From positions 5,509 to 69,508 of the forward strand of contig WRBM01000005.1 in NCBI GenBank assembly GCA_009784525.1: a DNA stretch of 64,000 nucleotides. The letters run 5' to 3'. A program made the translations under genes and the position numbers. This stretch comes from Erysipelotrichales bacterium (GTDB lineage Bacteria; Bacillota_I; Bacilli_A; Acholeplasmatales; WRBM01). Shown here one piece after another: positions 1 to 10,465 of this stretch. The first letter of the stretch is position 1. Every line of letters begins with the position of its first letter. The notes below the pieces were generated by a model. It was not told the DNA's origin, ran no database searches, and saw only the letters and a list, made by a program, of their open reading frames with translations.

Positions 1-551
1 TGATGCCCTAATCCACATTCATCGGCGTAACCAACTTCTGATTGGCAATTATTGATTGGACAACGTCCTGTTACTTGCCGACCATTTAAGAATGATTTTT
101 TCTCTTCATCATAAAATTGTAAAGTCGATAATTTTAACAACTTCTGATTATCATAAAGAGTTTTAAAAACTTCATCGCTAACCGCTTTATGAATGTCTTT
201 AGCAATTCCTAAACCGGAAGCACCAAAAAAGGAAAGGCTGATCTGAAAATTTTCCAGGATTTGTTTTTGGTTAAGATGGTTAGCTAAAACGAAATCCTCG
301 ATTGAACCTTTCAGCGTTCCTTCTTCTTGAAGTTTTTGATATTTCACAACGATGGGTGAGCCGTAACAATCCGTTCCGGAAACAAAGATAACATTCTCTT
401 CTCCAATTCGATCACGTAAAAAACGGGCAAAAACATCAGCCTGGATAAAGACACCACCAATATGGCCAAAATGTAATAATTTATCGCCATAAGGCATTCC
501 GCCAGTAATAACTGCTCGTTTAGGAAATTTAGGACGGGAATTGTTATTCAT
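1..551 (-). CDS. metG: class I aminoacyl-tRNA synthetase, methionyl-tRNA-synthetase-like (N-terminal part; gene runs off the window)
   Basis: Not in the ORF track because there is no stop in the window. Minus-strand ATG at 549-551 follows GAAGGAGA. Translation MNNNSRPKFPKRAVITGGMPYGDKLLHFGHIGGVFIQADVFARFLRDRIGEENVIFVSGTDCYGSPI has a HIGH-type signature (HFGH) and a MetRS-like layout, with a later CPxxxC knuckle. Confidence 0.6.
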   Translation of the reverse strand, partial: MNNNSRPKFPKRAVITGGMPYGDKLLHFGHIGGVFIQADVFARFLRDRIGEENVIFVSGTDCYGSPIVVKYQKLQEEGTLKGSIEDFVLANHLNQKQILENFQISLSFFGASGLGIAKDIHKAVSDEVFKTLYDNQKLLKLSTLQFYDEEKKSFLNGRQVTGRCPINNCQSEVGYADECGLGH

Positions 552-628
552 AAATATTCTCCTTCAATACACATGTTGCGTGAATTTTATCTTAATATTA
601 TATCAAAAAATCATCGATAAAACAAGTA

Positions 629-1555
629 TTAGAAACCGCCTGAATTAATTTTTTTGCTATATAAAGTGATGGCTTCCTGCCATAATTCATTGGAATAGGG
701 GCGCGCTAAATCGTTTTTAGATAATGCCAATTCATGCACGAATTCCAAAAACAGCCATAAATGAACTTTAGCATTTTCAAAATCCAATATCGAAAGATCA
801 TACCAAAAAGGTGCCTTTTGATATAAATCCGATTCCTTTAAAGCTTTAATCGGAACTGTTATGTCATAATTTATCCGACGTTCAATTACTGATAATTCCT
901 GATAAGTATCAAGTATTGTATAAGGAGCATCGACATTAAAATCCAGGGGCATTCCACACGAGCCGGCATTTATCAATAATCTGTTTTCAATATTTGCATA
1001 CCATTGCGTATGCCAATGACCAAAGATATAAATGCCTTCTGTAACGTCAGGTAATTTATCTGCCTGTAATTTGTCATTAATATAAGCTAGGTATTCCTGA
1101 TGATTAGTATAATCCTTGCCGAACCGATCGTAAAAGGTCCGACCATTAAAACTATCGACGATTCCATAATTAAAATGCTGGCTTGGCGAATGAGCAATAT
1201 AACACTTTAACTTACCTATAGAAAAAGAAAGTTTATCTGGCAATTCTTTAATAAATCTAAAATTTTCTGCAGTTATATTATCCAAATGCCAATATAAAGG
1301 CGCAAATTGTTCGTTAGTGCGTTCTTGGGGTTTAGTATTCATAGCCTGAATCAAGCGCTCTTCTTTATTGCCATTAATATAAAGGGCATTATCAATTTCC
1401 CTAATTCTTGTGATTACCTGATTTATCATCGGAAAATCGCCATAGTAATCTCCTAAAAAAAGATATTGATCAATATTTTGAGTTTTACAGTCCTCTAAAA
1501 TTGCATTTAAGGCCGTAATATTTCCGTGGATGTCCGCAATAATTGCATATCGCAT
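629..1555 (-). CDS. metallophosphoesterase (calcineurin-like, YfcE/MJ0936-type) with C-terminal extension
   Basis: N-terminus MRYAIIADIHGN, then GDYYGD, GNKE and GHWH metal-ligand motifs typical of the family. Confidence 0.75.
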   Translation of the reverse strand: MRYAIIADIHGNITALNAILEDCKTQNIDQYLFLGDYYGDFPMINQVITRIREIDNALYINGNKEERLIQAMNTKPQERTNEQFAPLYWHLDNITAENFRFIKELPDKLSFSIGKLKCYIAHSPSQHFNYGIVDSFNGRTFYDRFGKDYTNHQEYLAYINDKLQADKLPDVTEGIYIFGHWHTQWYANIENRLLINAGSCGMPLDFNVDAPYTILDTYQELSVIERRINYDITVPIKALKESDLYQKAPFWYDLSILDFENAKVHLWLFLEFVHELALSKNDLARPYSNELWQEAITLYSKKINSGGF

Positions 1556-1688
1556 CTAGTTAGTTTCCCCCTTAGAATCATTTTCGATTATTAGCTTCTA
1601 TTATTTCTTTAAGAGCAACTTCCGGGTTTATCTGTTGTCAACAACAAAACGCTTAAAGATTTCTCTTAAAAGCGCGTTTTATTAATTA

Positions 1689-2612
1689 TTAAATAGGATA
1701 TTTATATGATACAGTTCTATCTTCATGAACAATTACTAAGATTACAGCTGGTTCACTGGAAGCAAAATGTGTAAGAACTCCTCTTACAAACTGTTGCCTG
1801 CCAACCGCTACAATTTCAACCCGATATGTGCCAACGCCTAAACGCCTTAAAGAGCTTAAACTTATATTTGCGCTACTAGTGCTTGAGTTATAGCGACCAT
1901 TATCAATCAGATATGTTCTTACTTGACGGATATTATTCCAAGCTAAAGTTTCGTGTCCCCAACTATCTACGATGATTCTAAAATTAGTTGGCGTGCTTAT
2001 CCTTTCACCTAATCTCACACTAATACCTGCGCCAATAAAGCGAAAGGAGGTGTTGCTGTTTCTCAAAGGCCACTGATTAACTTCTTGTGGCTCATTTTCA
2101 AATCTTTCCAGCTCAACATTATTTAACTTTATTAATCTGCTAACTGGCCAATTAAGTCCATTATGCTTAATATGAGGAATCAAAGTCATTAGAAGACTTT
2201 CTTCTGTTATAGCATGAATCCATGACATGCTACCGTTTCTGTTAAAAATTAATCCTAAGGGGTAGGCGTCATGGGCGATAGCAGATGGCCATAATGTATC
2301 AAAATTAGTTACAATATAAAAATAGCCGTTAAATTCTAATTCTAAGCGAGAAAAATATTTATCTAGTTCAGCATAAGCTACTCCATCATTGACACCACCA
2401 AGGAGAGTACCAACATAAGCTATTCCATCCTGAATAATAATCACAGTTTGATTGAACCCTTGTTCTTCCCTTACAAAAACTAGTGTGCCTTCAGGCATCG
2501 GTGCTGACTTTCGATATCTATAACCTCTACAAGAAGCTAGATGAACAGCTATAGTTGCGAATATTAAAATTGATAAGATAATTGATAACAATATTTTCTT
2601 CATAACCATCAC
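1689..2612 (-). CDS. hypothetical lipoprotein
   Basis: Hydrophobic N-terminal signal followed by lipobox L-A-S-C (IAVHLASC). No recognisable catalytic motifs. Confidence 0.55.
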   Translation of the reverse strand: MMVMKKILLSIILSILIFATIAVHLASCRGYRYRKSAPMPEGTLVFVREEQGFNQTVIIIQDGIAYVGTLLGGVNDGVAYAELDKYFSRLELEFNGYFYIVTNFDTLWPSAIAHDAYPLGLIFNRNGSMSWIHAITEESLLMTLIPHIKHNGLNWPVSRLIKLNNVELERFENEPQEVNQWPLRNSNTSFRFIGAGISVRLGERISTPTNFRIIVDSWGHETLAWNNIRQVRTYLIDNGRYNSSTSSANISLSSLRRLGVGTYRVEIVAVGRQQFVRGVLTHFASSEPAVILVIVHEDRTVSYKYPI

Positions 2613-2639
2613 CTTTATTAATAACGTTATTTATACAAC

Positions 2640-2879
2640 TTAAAGGGTTATTTGCACAACAAAACCATCTGAAGTCTGTACATCAAGTAAAATCAATTGC
2701 TTATGCACTTTCTTATAATTCTTAATTGCTTTATACATCGGTTTAACTAAGGTTTTATAGTTTACCTGAGTGTTTGGCATATTACTTAAAAGTCTTTTCC
2801 AAATAAATTTTCTTTTAAGAAGCCAGATTGGAAGCCAGAAAGTGAATCTGTAGCGTTTTGTTATAATTCTTAGTTTCAT
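2640..2879 (-). CDS. small basic hypothetical protein (79 aa)
   Basis: ORF abuts the XRE gene stop. Its C-terminal ILLDVQTSDGFVVQITL resembles the C-terminus of the upstream regulator. Confidence 0.45.
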   Translation of the reverse strand: MKLRIITKRYRFTFWLPIWLLKRKFIWKRLLSNMPNTQVNYKTLVKPMYKAIKNYKKVHKQLILLDVQTSDGFVVQITL

Positions 2880-3370
2880 TATTCTATAACGATGCTTACA
2901 GTATCGCCATCAGCGCTTTCTACTTCTAAAAGTTTTCCAAACGCCCCCTGCTCAACTAAAGAAATTATTTGTTTCAAGTCAATTTTATTGAGAACGTCAC
3001 TTTGATTGATTGTCGGCATTGCTGCTCCGCTTTCTAACCAAATAAAAATAATAGCCATCGGTAGATTAATTCGCACCTTATCGCCGCCAGCACTATCGAC
3101 AGTCAGACGCAAAACCATCTTATTAATATCTATATTTTTCGGATCACTGAGGATAACATCCTGATTGGCATTATTGCCACATAATTCATCAATACTAATC
3201 CCAAAGATTTCTGATATATCTTTTAACATTGATATATCTGGGGTGGAAAGGTCGTTTTCCCATTTTGAAATTCCTTGCCCACTGATATTAAGTCTTTTTC
3301 CAATTTCTTCCTGGGTTAATCCTTTTTCTTTGCGTAATCTGGCAAAGCGATTACCAAATGTCTCTTTCAT
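2879..3370 (-). CDS. XRE-family helix-turn-helix transcriptional regulator with C-terminal domain of unknown function
   Basis: N-terminus FGNRFARLRKEKGLTQEEIGKRLNISGQGISKWENDLSTPDISML is a classic Cro/C1 HTH. GGAGG RBS upstream. Confidence 0.85.
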   Translation of the reverse strand: MKETFGNRFARLRKEKGLTQEEIGKRLNISGQGISKWENDLSTPDISMLKDISEIFGISIDELCGNNANQDVILSDPKNIDINKMVLRLTVDSAGGDKVRINLPMAIIFIWLESGAAMPTINQSDVLNKIDLKQIISLVEQGAFGKLLEVESADGDTVSIVIE

Positions 3371-3680
3371 TTTATTGTCCTCCTAATTTATTTTGATAAT
3401 AACATTATACGTTATAAAACATAATTTTGGTAGCGACAAAAAGTTGTATCTAGCGATTTTGTTATCCAGATAGTTGTATTTTCTCTCAACGGTTAGTTGA
3501 ATTATGATTTTTAGCTAAATCTCGAAGTCTTCTACAGTGTCATTTGCATAAATATAATTCACTCAGCGATTCTTTATGCTTGCCTGACACCACTCTTTGT
3601 TAATTGGCTATCTGTCTTCGCCTACGCAAGTCAGAATGAAATTCTTTACTTTCTTGTGCAGTTTGTCTGCTTTTGTTTTT

Positions 3681-6600
3681 CTATCCAACGTCCACCGCGC
3701 TGTAAATCGTGTTAATGACATTAATTAAAATGTGAACCTTGTCGCCAAAGTATTCAAGCACATCGTAGCTTTCAAATGGCGGAGTGTTGATTATGTCCTC
3801 TGGCGTGATGTTACCATTTTTCTGAACATAACCGATAACTTGGCGAATGAATTCTATTTGATGTGAATTTAGCTCGTTATTATCACTTAAATAATCGCCG
3901 AATTTTTGCTGAATGGCTTCTTGTGATAATCCAATCAAGCTACGAACAAAAATCGCTAAGTTCTCTTGTTCTGTTGTTTTGTGATAATCACTCTTTGTGC
4001 CAAGTTCTTCCCACAAAATTCTTTCAAGTTCTTTCATGTCCTCTACGTAGATTTTTTCAAGATTCTTAATTTTCTGAATAACTGGCAAGTCTTGATTCTC
4101 TTGCAAGTAATCAATCACCTTCTTTTTGTAAGTTCTTATGTCAACGAATCCGCCACTAACTTCATCCCTTTCAATCACTTCATCGAAAAAATCCGTGTCA
4201 AATTTTTGTCCAGTTAAATTATCTCTCACAAATTGCATTAAGTCACGCAATGCTTTTCTCATTACCTCAATGCCTTCTGTCGTTGCATTTTCCCAAAATA
4301 CTTGTGTTTTAATGCTCTTTAATTCTTCCTTTTTACTTGCAACTTGTGGAATAGTAGTTTTAGTTAGAAGCACTGTTGCAATTTCACAAATTTCTTTAAC
4401 CGCTTTTATTGACCTTCCATTTTTAAGTGCAGAACCATTTACAATAATTGAAAGTTCAATAAAAAGCATTTTTGCATCAAATATTAGAGCACTGTCATCA
4501 GGCTCGTCTTGTTTATCAATAAGCGGAGCAATGTGTTTATTTAGTTCAGCAAGTGCAAGTGGACTAATATAATCCCATGTTTTAATCTCACTATATCTAT
4601 CAACAAACATCATCACCTTTCGCACACTGATGCTTTCCGACTGTTTTTTAATATCAGCTACCGCTTTATGTAACTGCGTTTTAAGTTCATCATAATAAGC
4701 TTTTTCAAACTCGCTTTCTTGAAATCTAAGATCTTGAAGTTCGACTAATATTTTTCCTCTTAATTCAAACAAACGGCGACTTAAAGATTTCTGTTCTGTT
4801 TCGCTGGTTTTATTTTGCTCCACCGCAAAACGCTCGAAGTTGGCGAAATAGTCAAAAATAGTGAAGAATTCCTTATCTGCACCTTTTCCGAACAAGTCTT
4901 TACAAAGCCTAGTGCCGCGCCCAATCATTTGAATGAATTTGATTTTTGATTTAACAGACTTGAAGAAAACAAGGTTAACAACCTCAGGCACATCAACACC
5001 AGTATCAAGCATACCAACTGAAACAGCGATTCTAAAGTCTGGATTTTCGCCAAACTTTACTACCAAGTCATCCGCATATTTCACACCACTAACAACAAGT
5101 TGGCAAAAAGTGTCTGAATATGTTTTATACATTTTATAAAACTGCTCGACAATCATTTGTGCATGTTTTTGGTTGTAAGCAAAAATAATAGTCTTTCCTA
5201 AAAGCTGCCCACTGTTTACATGAATGCCGTTTTTCATCAAGTCTTCAATCACACGCTTACATGTATCCTTGTTGTAAACACTCTTAAAAATTGCACTAGC
5301 ATCAATTTTAGTCGGAACTTGTTTCTGCTCTGACTCTAAAATAAAGTCATCTTCATCGTCATCTTCGCCAAGACCAAAGATTCTATCATACTCTTCTCGA
5401 TCTTGCTTGTTAAGTTTATCTCTATCAATACCATCAGTCAAAATTTTTGTAGAGCGATGACTTACTTTCCAAGTCACTAGAAAGCCATCGTCAGTCGCTT
5501 CTTCAAGAGTATATTGGTCTGTTGGCTCGCCGTTGTCGCATTCAAAAATATCATACGTGTTTTTTGCAATTTCGCTTCTTGGTGTAGCGGTAAGTCCGAC
5601 AAGCAAACTATCAAAATAATCAAATATAGCGCCATACTTATTAAAAATACTTCTGTGGGCTTCATCGATAATAATCAAGTCGAATCGTCCTGTGCTAAAT
5701 TCTTTATCTTCACCATCAACATAGTTAATCATTGTTTGGTAAGTTGAAAACATCAGCCTTGCGTTCATATTAGGCTTTGCGTTGCCCGAAAGCTCTTCAA
5801 CAGTTTGGTTTGGTAAAAGTTTGGCAAAATTCTTTTTTGCCTGCCTAACAAGCGCGGTTCTGTCGGCCAAAAATAAAACATTTTTAACCCAGTTATTTTT
5901 GGTTAATATGTCAACTAGCGAAATAGCAACTCTTGTCTTTCCAGTTCCAGTTGCCATAACAAGAAGCGCTTTTCTATCGTTTTTATTAAAACGCTCAGCA
6001 ACCGATTTTATCACTTGCTTTTGGTATCCGCGATTTGTGATGTTGTCGTCAATTGCAAGGTTTGAGATATCTCCACGCTTTCTGCGAGTGATTAATAAAC
6101 CAAGTTCTTCTGCCGTGTGATATGCAAAAACTTGACGCGCTGGATAAAGTCCATCCATAATCCACAAGTCATAGCCATTGGTGTAATAAATAACTGGGCG
6201 AACGCCATACTTCTTTTCTAAGCAATCTGCGTAAAGCGATGCTTGGTGCTTGCCATTTTCTACTTTTTCGCTTGTCTTCTTTGCTTCAACAACAGCAAGT
6301 GGCTTGCCATCTGCGCCAAACAAAACATAATCACAAAAACCAATGCCATTATTGTTTGGCATGCCTTCTAGTTCAATTTCGATGCAAGCTTTGAGTGGTT
6401 GGATTAAATTTGGCTTTTCAAGTACTTCCCAGCCCGCTTCTTTAAGATATGTATCAATATAAATTTTGCGAGTGTTTGTTTCGCTCATATATGGCTGCAC
6501 AGCAACACTACCACGAGCAATTAAATCTTCTAGAACTGTTATATTAGCTTCGGCAAGCCTCTTTTGTTTATCGCTCACCTTTTCGCCGTGTTCTATTTTA

Positions 6601-6767
6601 CTTGTAATGATTCGCACAAAGTTGAGTCCTTTATGGAGTTCATCATTATTAACAAATTCTTTAACCTCTTGCAAATTTAAAAGTTGTAATAAAGAGACAG
6701 TTTTGGAAACCGTAACATTTTTATTCTTGCAAATTTCAAGCAGTAATCTTTCTAGTTTTTCTTTCAT
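3681..6767 (-). CDS. hsdR: type I restriction enzyme R subunit
   Basis: 1028 aa. Helicase motif I MATGTGKTRVA and motif II IIIDEAHRS. Sits last in an M-S-R arrangement with a 4-nt overlap to hsdS. Confidence 0.9.
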   Translation of the reverse strand: MKEKLERLLLEICKNKNVTVSKTVSLLQLLNLQEVKEFVNNDELHKGLNFVRIITSKIEHGEKVSDKQKRLAEANITVLEDLIARGSVAVQPYMSETNTRKIYIDTYLKEAGWEVLEKPNLIQPLKACIEIELEGMPNNNGIGFCDYVLFGADGKPLAVVEAKKTSEKVENGKHQASLYADCLEKKYGVRPVIYYTNGYDLWIMDGLYPARQVFAYHTAEELGLLITRRKRGDISNLAIDDNITNRGYQKQVIKSVAERFNKNDRKALLVMATGTGKTRVAISLVDILTKNNWVKNVLFLADRTALVRQAKKNFAKLLPNQTVEELSGNAKPNMNARLMFSTYQTMINYVDGEDKEFSTGRFDLIIIDEAHRSIFNKYGAIFDYFDSLLVGLTATPRSEIAKNTYDIFECDNGEPTDQYTLEEATDDGFLVTWKVSHRSTKILTDGIDRDKLNKQDREEYDRIFGLGEDDDEDDFILESEQKQVPTKIDASAIFKSVYNKDTCKRVIEDLMKNGIHVNSGQLLGKTIIFAYNQKHAQMIVEQFYKMYKTYSDTFCQLVVSGVKYADDLVVKFGENPDFRIAVSVGMLDTGVDVPEVVNLVFFKSVKSKIKFIQMIGRGTRLCKDLFGKGADKEFFTIFDYFANFERFAVEQNKTSETEQKSLSRRLFELRGKILVELQDLRFQESEFEKAYYDELKTQLHKAVADIKKQSESISVRKVMMFVDRYSEIKTWDYISPLALAELNKHIAPLIDKQDEPDDSALIFDAKMLFIELSIIVNGSALKNGRSIKAVKEICEIATVLLTKTTIPQVASKKEELKSIKTQVFWENATTEGIEVMRKALRDLMQFVRDNLTGQKFDTDFFDEVIERDEVSGGFVDIRTYKKKVIDYLQENQDLPVIQKIKNLEKIYVEDMKELERILWEELGTKSDYHKTTEQENLAIFVRSLIGLSQEAIQQKFGDYLSDNNELNSHQIEFIRQVIGYVQKNGNITPEDIINTPPFESYDVLEYFGDKVHILINVINTIYSAVDVG

Positions 6768-7867
6768 TCCTGCCCTCCTTCATCTTCAAAATACTTTTGC
6801 ATCAGTGCCTTGTATAATGTTTCGGTTTGATTTAATTGGGTTTTAAGGGTTGCCTTCGCTTGTTCGGTTTGAGTGACGAAAGTGGCGAATTCTTTTTGTA
6901 AATCAATAGGTGGTGTAATTACATTAAGCTCTCGGAGTATCTGCAAGTTAATGTTTTTCTGTGCAGACTCTGGAGCTTGTTCTTCCAGCATTTTCTGAAA
7001 GAACGAAAACCAATAATGCATAAAAATTGAATTTGTTTTTTCATTTGCAGTAAATCCTACAATACTATCAGGAAAACAAGCGTCAAAACCCAATATCGCA
7101 GTTTTTGCTATATTTGCCGCAATAGTTATACAGAGGGTGCCTTTTTTCCATACTTTACTTTGTTTCAGACCAATTTCAGAATATGTAGCCTTATGCTCAG
7201 TTATATATAATTCAGCCGAAGCAACTTCCCCTGTTTGAATTAGTGGATACTCACCACCAAGCAATTCAGGTGCATTTCTAGGTCGATGTTTTGATACACC
7301 CCTATCAAGTTTCCCAAGTTCGGGTTCGATTTTGTTCATCGCCCAGCCCATATCATTTGCCACAGGACACCCAAACATCTCATTAAATTTGCTTTTCACA
7401 AGTTCGCCCAAAAATTTGTATTGCTGTTTTTGTTTTGCTAAGATACTGCATACCGCGTCCAATTCCGCGGCAATGCGTTGTTGTTCAGGGAGCGTAGGCA
7501 ACCATAGTTCCCTATTTTTATAATCTTTAAAGTAAATATGTGGTATTGTTGCACCTGTAAATTTTTTGCCCAAATCAAAATATTGCAAGGCATAAAATAA
7601 ATAATTTAAATGAATATTTTCTTTTGGGAGCAAATACTGCATAGTGCTTATAATAGATGATTGAGCAGGCAAAAGCATTACTCGCCCAACGCCAGCACCA
7701 TCTTTAACAATACCAATATAAGGTTTTTCTTGCTTATAGAAGTCAACTGTTTTAATTAATCCACTTGCCCCATAAATTGGATGATTACCAGAAATTTTTT
7801 CCAAATTTTTCTGCATCAAATTCGAAGACTGAGCCATGCAAATATCATCTAGTTTCACCTTAATCAT
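6764..7867 (-). CDS. hsdS: type I restriction-modification specificity subunit
   Basis: 367 aa between hsdM and hsdR. Two target-recognition-like halves separated by a conserved helical spacer (LPEQQRIAAELD...). 4-nt overlaps on both sides. Confidence 0.85.
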   Translation of the reverse strand: MIKVKLDDICMAQSSNLMQKNLEKISGNHPIYGASGLIKTVDFYKQEKPYIGIVKDGAGVGRVMLLPAQSSIISTMQYLLPKENIHLNYLFYALQYFDLGKKFTGATIPHIYFKDYKNRELWLPTLPEQQRIAAELDAVCSILAKQKQQYKFLGELVKSKFNEMFGCPVANDMGWAMNKIEPELGKLDRGVSKHRPRNAPELLGGEYPLIQTGEVASAELYITEHKATYSEIGLKQSKVWKKGTLCITIAANIAKTAILGFDACFPDSIVGFTANEKTNSIFMHYWFSFFQKMLEEQAPESAQKNINLQILRELNVITPPIDLQKEFATFVTQTEQAKATLKTQLNQTETLYKALMQKYFEDEGGQE

Positions 7868-9369
7868 CGGACTCCATCACCAAGCTTCTCCAACTCTTCC
7901 GCAATCTCTTTGTGTAACTTTTTAATCTCTGCTAAAATATTTTTTGGTGATTCAAAAACCTCTTTCACATATTCAGTCTTTTTATATTTATTGATTGAAA
8001 GATCGTAGCCATTATCGACTATCTCTTGTTTGCTTACAAAAAAGCTTTGGTCAGTGCGCTTTCGACCTTCTTCGTCTTTTAAATTGTTAAATCTTGCAAT
8101 GATATCTGGAATATCGTTTTGCTTAACTTCTGCACGTTTGTCATCAAGACTATATCCATCAGCCTTCATGCCATAAAACCAAACTTTGTCAGTGCCACCT
8201 GCATCTGTTTTGGTAAAGATAAGTATTGCAGTTGAAACCCCAGCATACGGCTTAAATACGCCGCTTGGCATTGATATAACAGCACGCAAGGCTTGCTTGT
8301 CTACAATCTCTTGTCTAATTGATTTGTGAGCAGCAGAACTTCCAAACAATACGCCATCTGGCACGATGGTCGCACTGCGTCCACCAACTTCTAGCATTTT
8401 TGTTATTACCGCCAAAAATAGCAGTTCTGTCTTTTTGGTTTTGCATAAAGCCAGAACGTCTTTACTTACCGCTTCAAAATCTAGACTTCCAGTAAAAGGC
8501 GGATTTGCTAAGATAAGGCTATATTTATTTCGCTCTTCGTTTTCATCACTTAAACTATCTTGGTATTTTATATTTGGGTTTTCAACGCCGTGAAGCATCA
8601 TATTCATCGCACCGATACGAAGCATTGTCGGGTCGGTATCAAACCCAGAGAAACTATTGTTTTGAAATCTTTCAATATTTTCTTTTATAAGTAGGTCTTC
8701 TTTTTGATTCTCCGCGATATAACTTGCACTACTTGCAATAAAGCCAGCGCTCCCCATCGCCGGGTCACAGATGAGGTCATTAATCGTCGGCTTCATAAGA
8801 CTTACCATCATATCGATTATGTGGCGTGGAGTGCGGAACTGTCCGTTCTCACCGCTTGATGCAATTTTGTTAAGCAAATACTCATACACATCGCCCATGC
8901 TGTCTTTATCTGTCATATCAAGCGCATCAAGCCCGTCAATAACCTTAACTAAAATGCGCGGTGTAGGAATCATAAAAATTGAATCTTTCATATACCTTGC
9001 AAAAGCCGTATCTTTACCGCCACTGAGGTTTTTCATAAATGGAAATATATAATCTTTCATGCGCAAAAACATTTTACTCGGCTCTTCGTTTTTAAAGTTC
9101 TGCCAGCGAAGATCCTTATAGTCAATTTTAAGCCCAAGCTCTTTGTCAACTACGCATTCACCATCGCCAAACACTCTACCCTTTATGCTAGCGGCTGTAA
9201 GTCCGATTGCCGAAGCCGATGCTTCCTTTTTTGTTTGGTTATCGTCAAGCAGCTTTATAAACATGAGGTATGTTATCTGCTCCATAACAGATAGCGGATT
9301 TGTAAGACCACCGGTCCAAAAAGTTTCCCACACGCTGTCGATTTTGTTTTTAATTTCGCCTGTTATCAT
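7864..9369 (-). CDS. hsdM: type I restriction-modification N6-adenine DNA methyltransferase subunit
   Basis: SAM-binding motif CDPAMGSAGF and catalytic LANPPF (NPPF) motif. HsdM-type N-terminal domain. Confidence 0.9.
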   Translation of the reverse strand: MITGEIKNKIDSVWETFWTGGLTNPLSVMEQITYLMFIKLLDDNQTKKEASASAIGLTAASIKGRVFGDGECVVDKELGLKIDYKDLRWQNFKNEEPSKMFLRMKDYIFPFMKNLSGGKDTAFARYMKDSIFMIPTPRILVKVIDGLDALDMTDKDSMGDVYEYLLNKIASSGENGQFRTPRHIIDMMVSLMKPTINDLICDPAMGSAGFIASSASYIAENQKEDLLIKENIERFQNNSFSGFDTDPTMLRIGAMNMMLHGVENPNIKYQDSLSDENEERNKYSLILANPPFTGSLDFEAVSKDVLALCKTKKTELLFLAVITKMLEVGGRSATIVPDGVLFGSSAAHKSIRQEIVDKQALRAVISMPSGVFKPYAGVSTAILIFTKTDAGGTDKVWFYGMKADGYSLDDKRAEVKQNDIPDIIARFNNLKDEEGRKRTDQSFFVSKQEIVDNGYDLSINKYKKTEYVKEVFESPKNILAEIKKLHKEIAEELEKLGDGVR

Positions 9370-10433
9370 TTTGCTTCCCCCTTATTTGTTCTCACATAAG
9401 CCGAATTTTTGCCTGTGCCAACCACTTTAATATAACCATCTTTTACAAGCGCATTAAGCGCTAATTTAATTGTTGCTTCACTGACAAATGGGAGCTGCTC
9501 TGCAATTTCCTTTTTGCTTATTTTTCCGATTCTGCTATCTATAACTCTCTTAACTTGATCTTGCTTGCTTGCGCCGTCTTTTACAACGCTCACAACCCTT
9601 TCGTCAAACTCACGGTATGCCATATATAAAATTTGCAAGATATATTTGATAAATGGAAGCGGATTGTTTTTGCTTTCATGCCAACCATCATCACTTTGCC
9701 TTAAGGATTTATAATAGTCTTGCTTTGTTTCCCAAATAATTCGCTCAATTGAAATATACTTCCCGACCACAAAGCCGCTTTTATATAAAAGCAATAGCGC
9801 CAAAAGCCTGCTCATCCTGCCATTACCATCGTTAAATGGGTGAACGCATAAAAAATCACGAATCACTATTGGAATCAAAATTAGCGGATCTATATATTCG
9901 TTAGCGAGCGCTTTCGCATATTGTTCGCAAATGTCTGCAATTGCGTCGGCCGTTTCATAAGGCTTCAGCGGTTCAAATAAAGTGTTAACTATTTCACCGT
10001 CAGCATTCTTCTCTACAATAACGTTGTCAACGTTTTTATATCTACCTGCAAATGCAAGCGATGTGAATTTAAGTAAATCTCTGTGTAGCTGCAAAATATA
10101 GCTCGATGTAAATGGAATGTGTTCATAGTTATTGTGGATTGTATTTAACACATCTCTGTAACCAGCAATTTCTTCTTCATCTCTATTTAGAGGTTTACTT
10201 TTGCGCTTAAGTAACGCTGTGATTCTTTCTGCCGTTGTCACGATACCTTCTATTTTATTACTAGCTTCAGTGCTCTGCACTCTTGCAACTTCAACAAGTG
10301 TCGAAAGAATCTCTGGCTCTTTTTCCAGATAGTTTCCTTGTTCACCTTTCTTTTCATATATTTTAGTAATCAGCGAAATCGCTTCACTGTCTAATTTTAT
10401 CTCTTTGTACTTTTCGTAGTTGAAAATCTTCAC
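9366..10433 (-). CDS. Fic-family protein (class II, with C-terminal winged-helix-like domain)
   Basis: Active-site motif HPFNDGNGRMSR. N-terminal inhibitory-helix motif SNKIEG, i.e. (S/T)xxxE(G/N). GTG start 8 nt after GGAGAG. 4-nt overlap with hsdM. Confidence 0.85.
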   Translation of the reverse strand: MKIFNYEKYKEIKLDSEAISLITKIYEKKGEQGNYLEKEPEILSTLVEVARVQSTEASNKIEGIVTTAERITALLKRKSKPLNRDEEEIAGYRDVLNTIHNNYEHIPFTSSYILQLHRDLLKFTSLAFAGRYKNVDNVIVEKNADGEIVNTLFEPLKPYETADAIADICEQYAKALANEYIDPLILIPIVIRDFLCVHPFNDGNGRMSRLLALLLLYKSGFVVGKYISIERIIWETKQDYYKSLRQSDDGWHESKNNPLPFIKYILQILYMAYREFDERVVSVVKDGASKQDQVKRVIDSRIGKISKKEIAEQLPFVSEATIKLALNALVKDGYIKVVGTGKNSAYVRTNKGEAK

Positions 10434-10465
10434 TTGGACATCTCTCCTTTTCCAGCATATACTTA

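Noticed and set aside
3428-3445. Possible att-type repeat of the tRNA-Arg 3' end (TGGTAGCGACAAAAAG versus TGGCGCACCCAAAAGG) at the far side of the island.
   Set aside because: The similarity is too weak and gapped to separate from chance.
3863-9430. Many 60-145-aa plus-strand ORFs in the track (e.g. 3863-4069, 4138-4572, 5782-6120, 6466-6846, 8771-9052, 9143-9430) that lie antisense to hsdR, hsdS and hsdM.
   Set aside because: They are embedded entirely in long CDSs that carry conserved motifs. Their translations are low-complexity (S/F/L-rich) and they have no RBS. They are typical antisense artefacts of AT-rich DNA.
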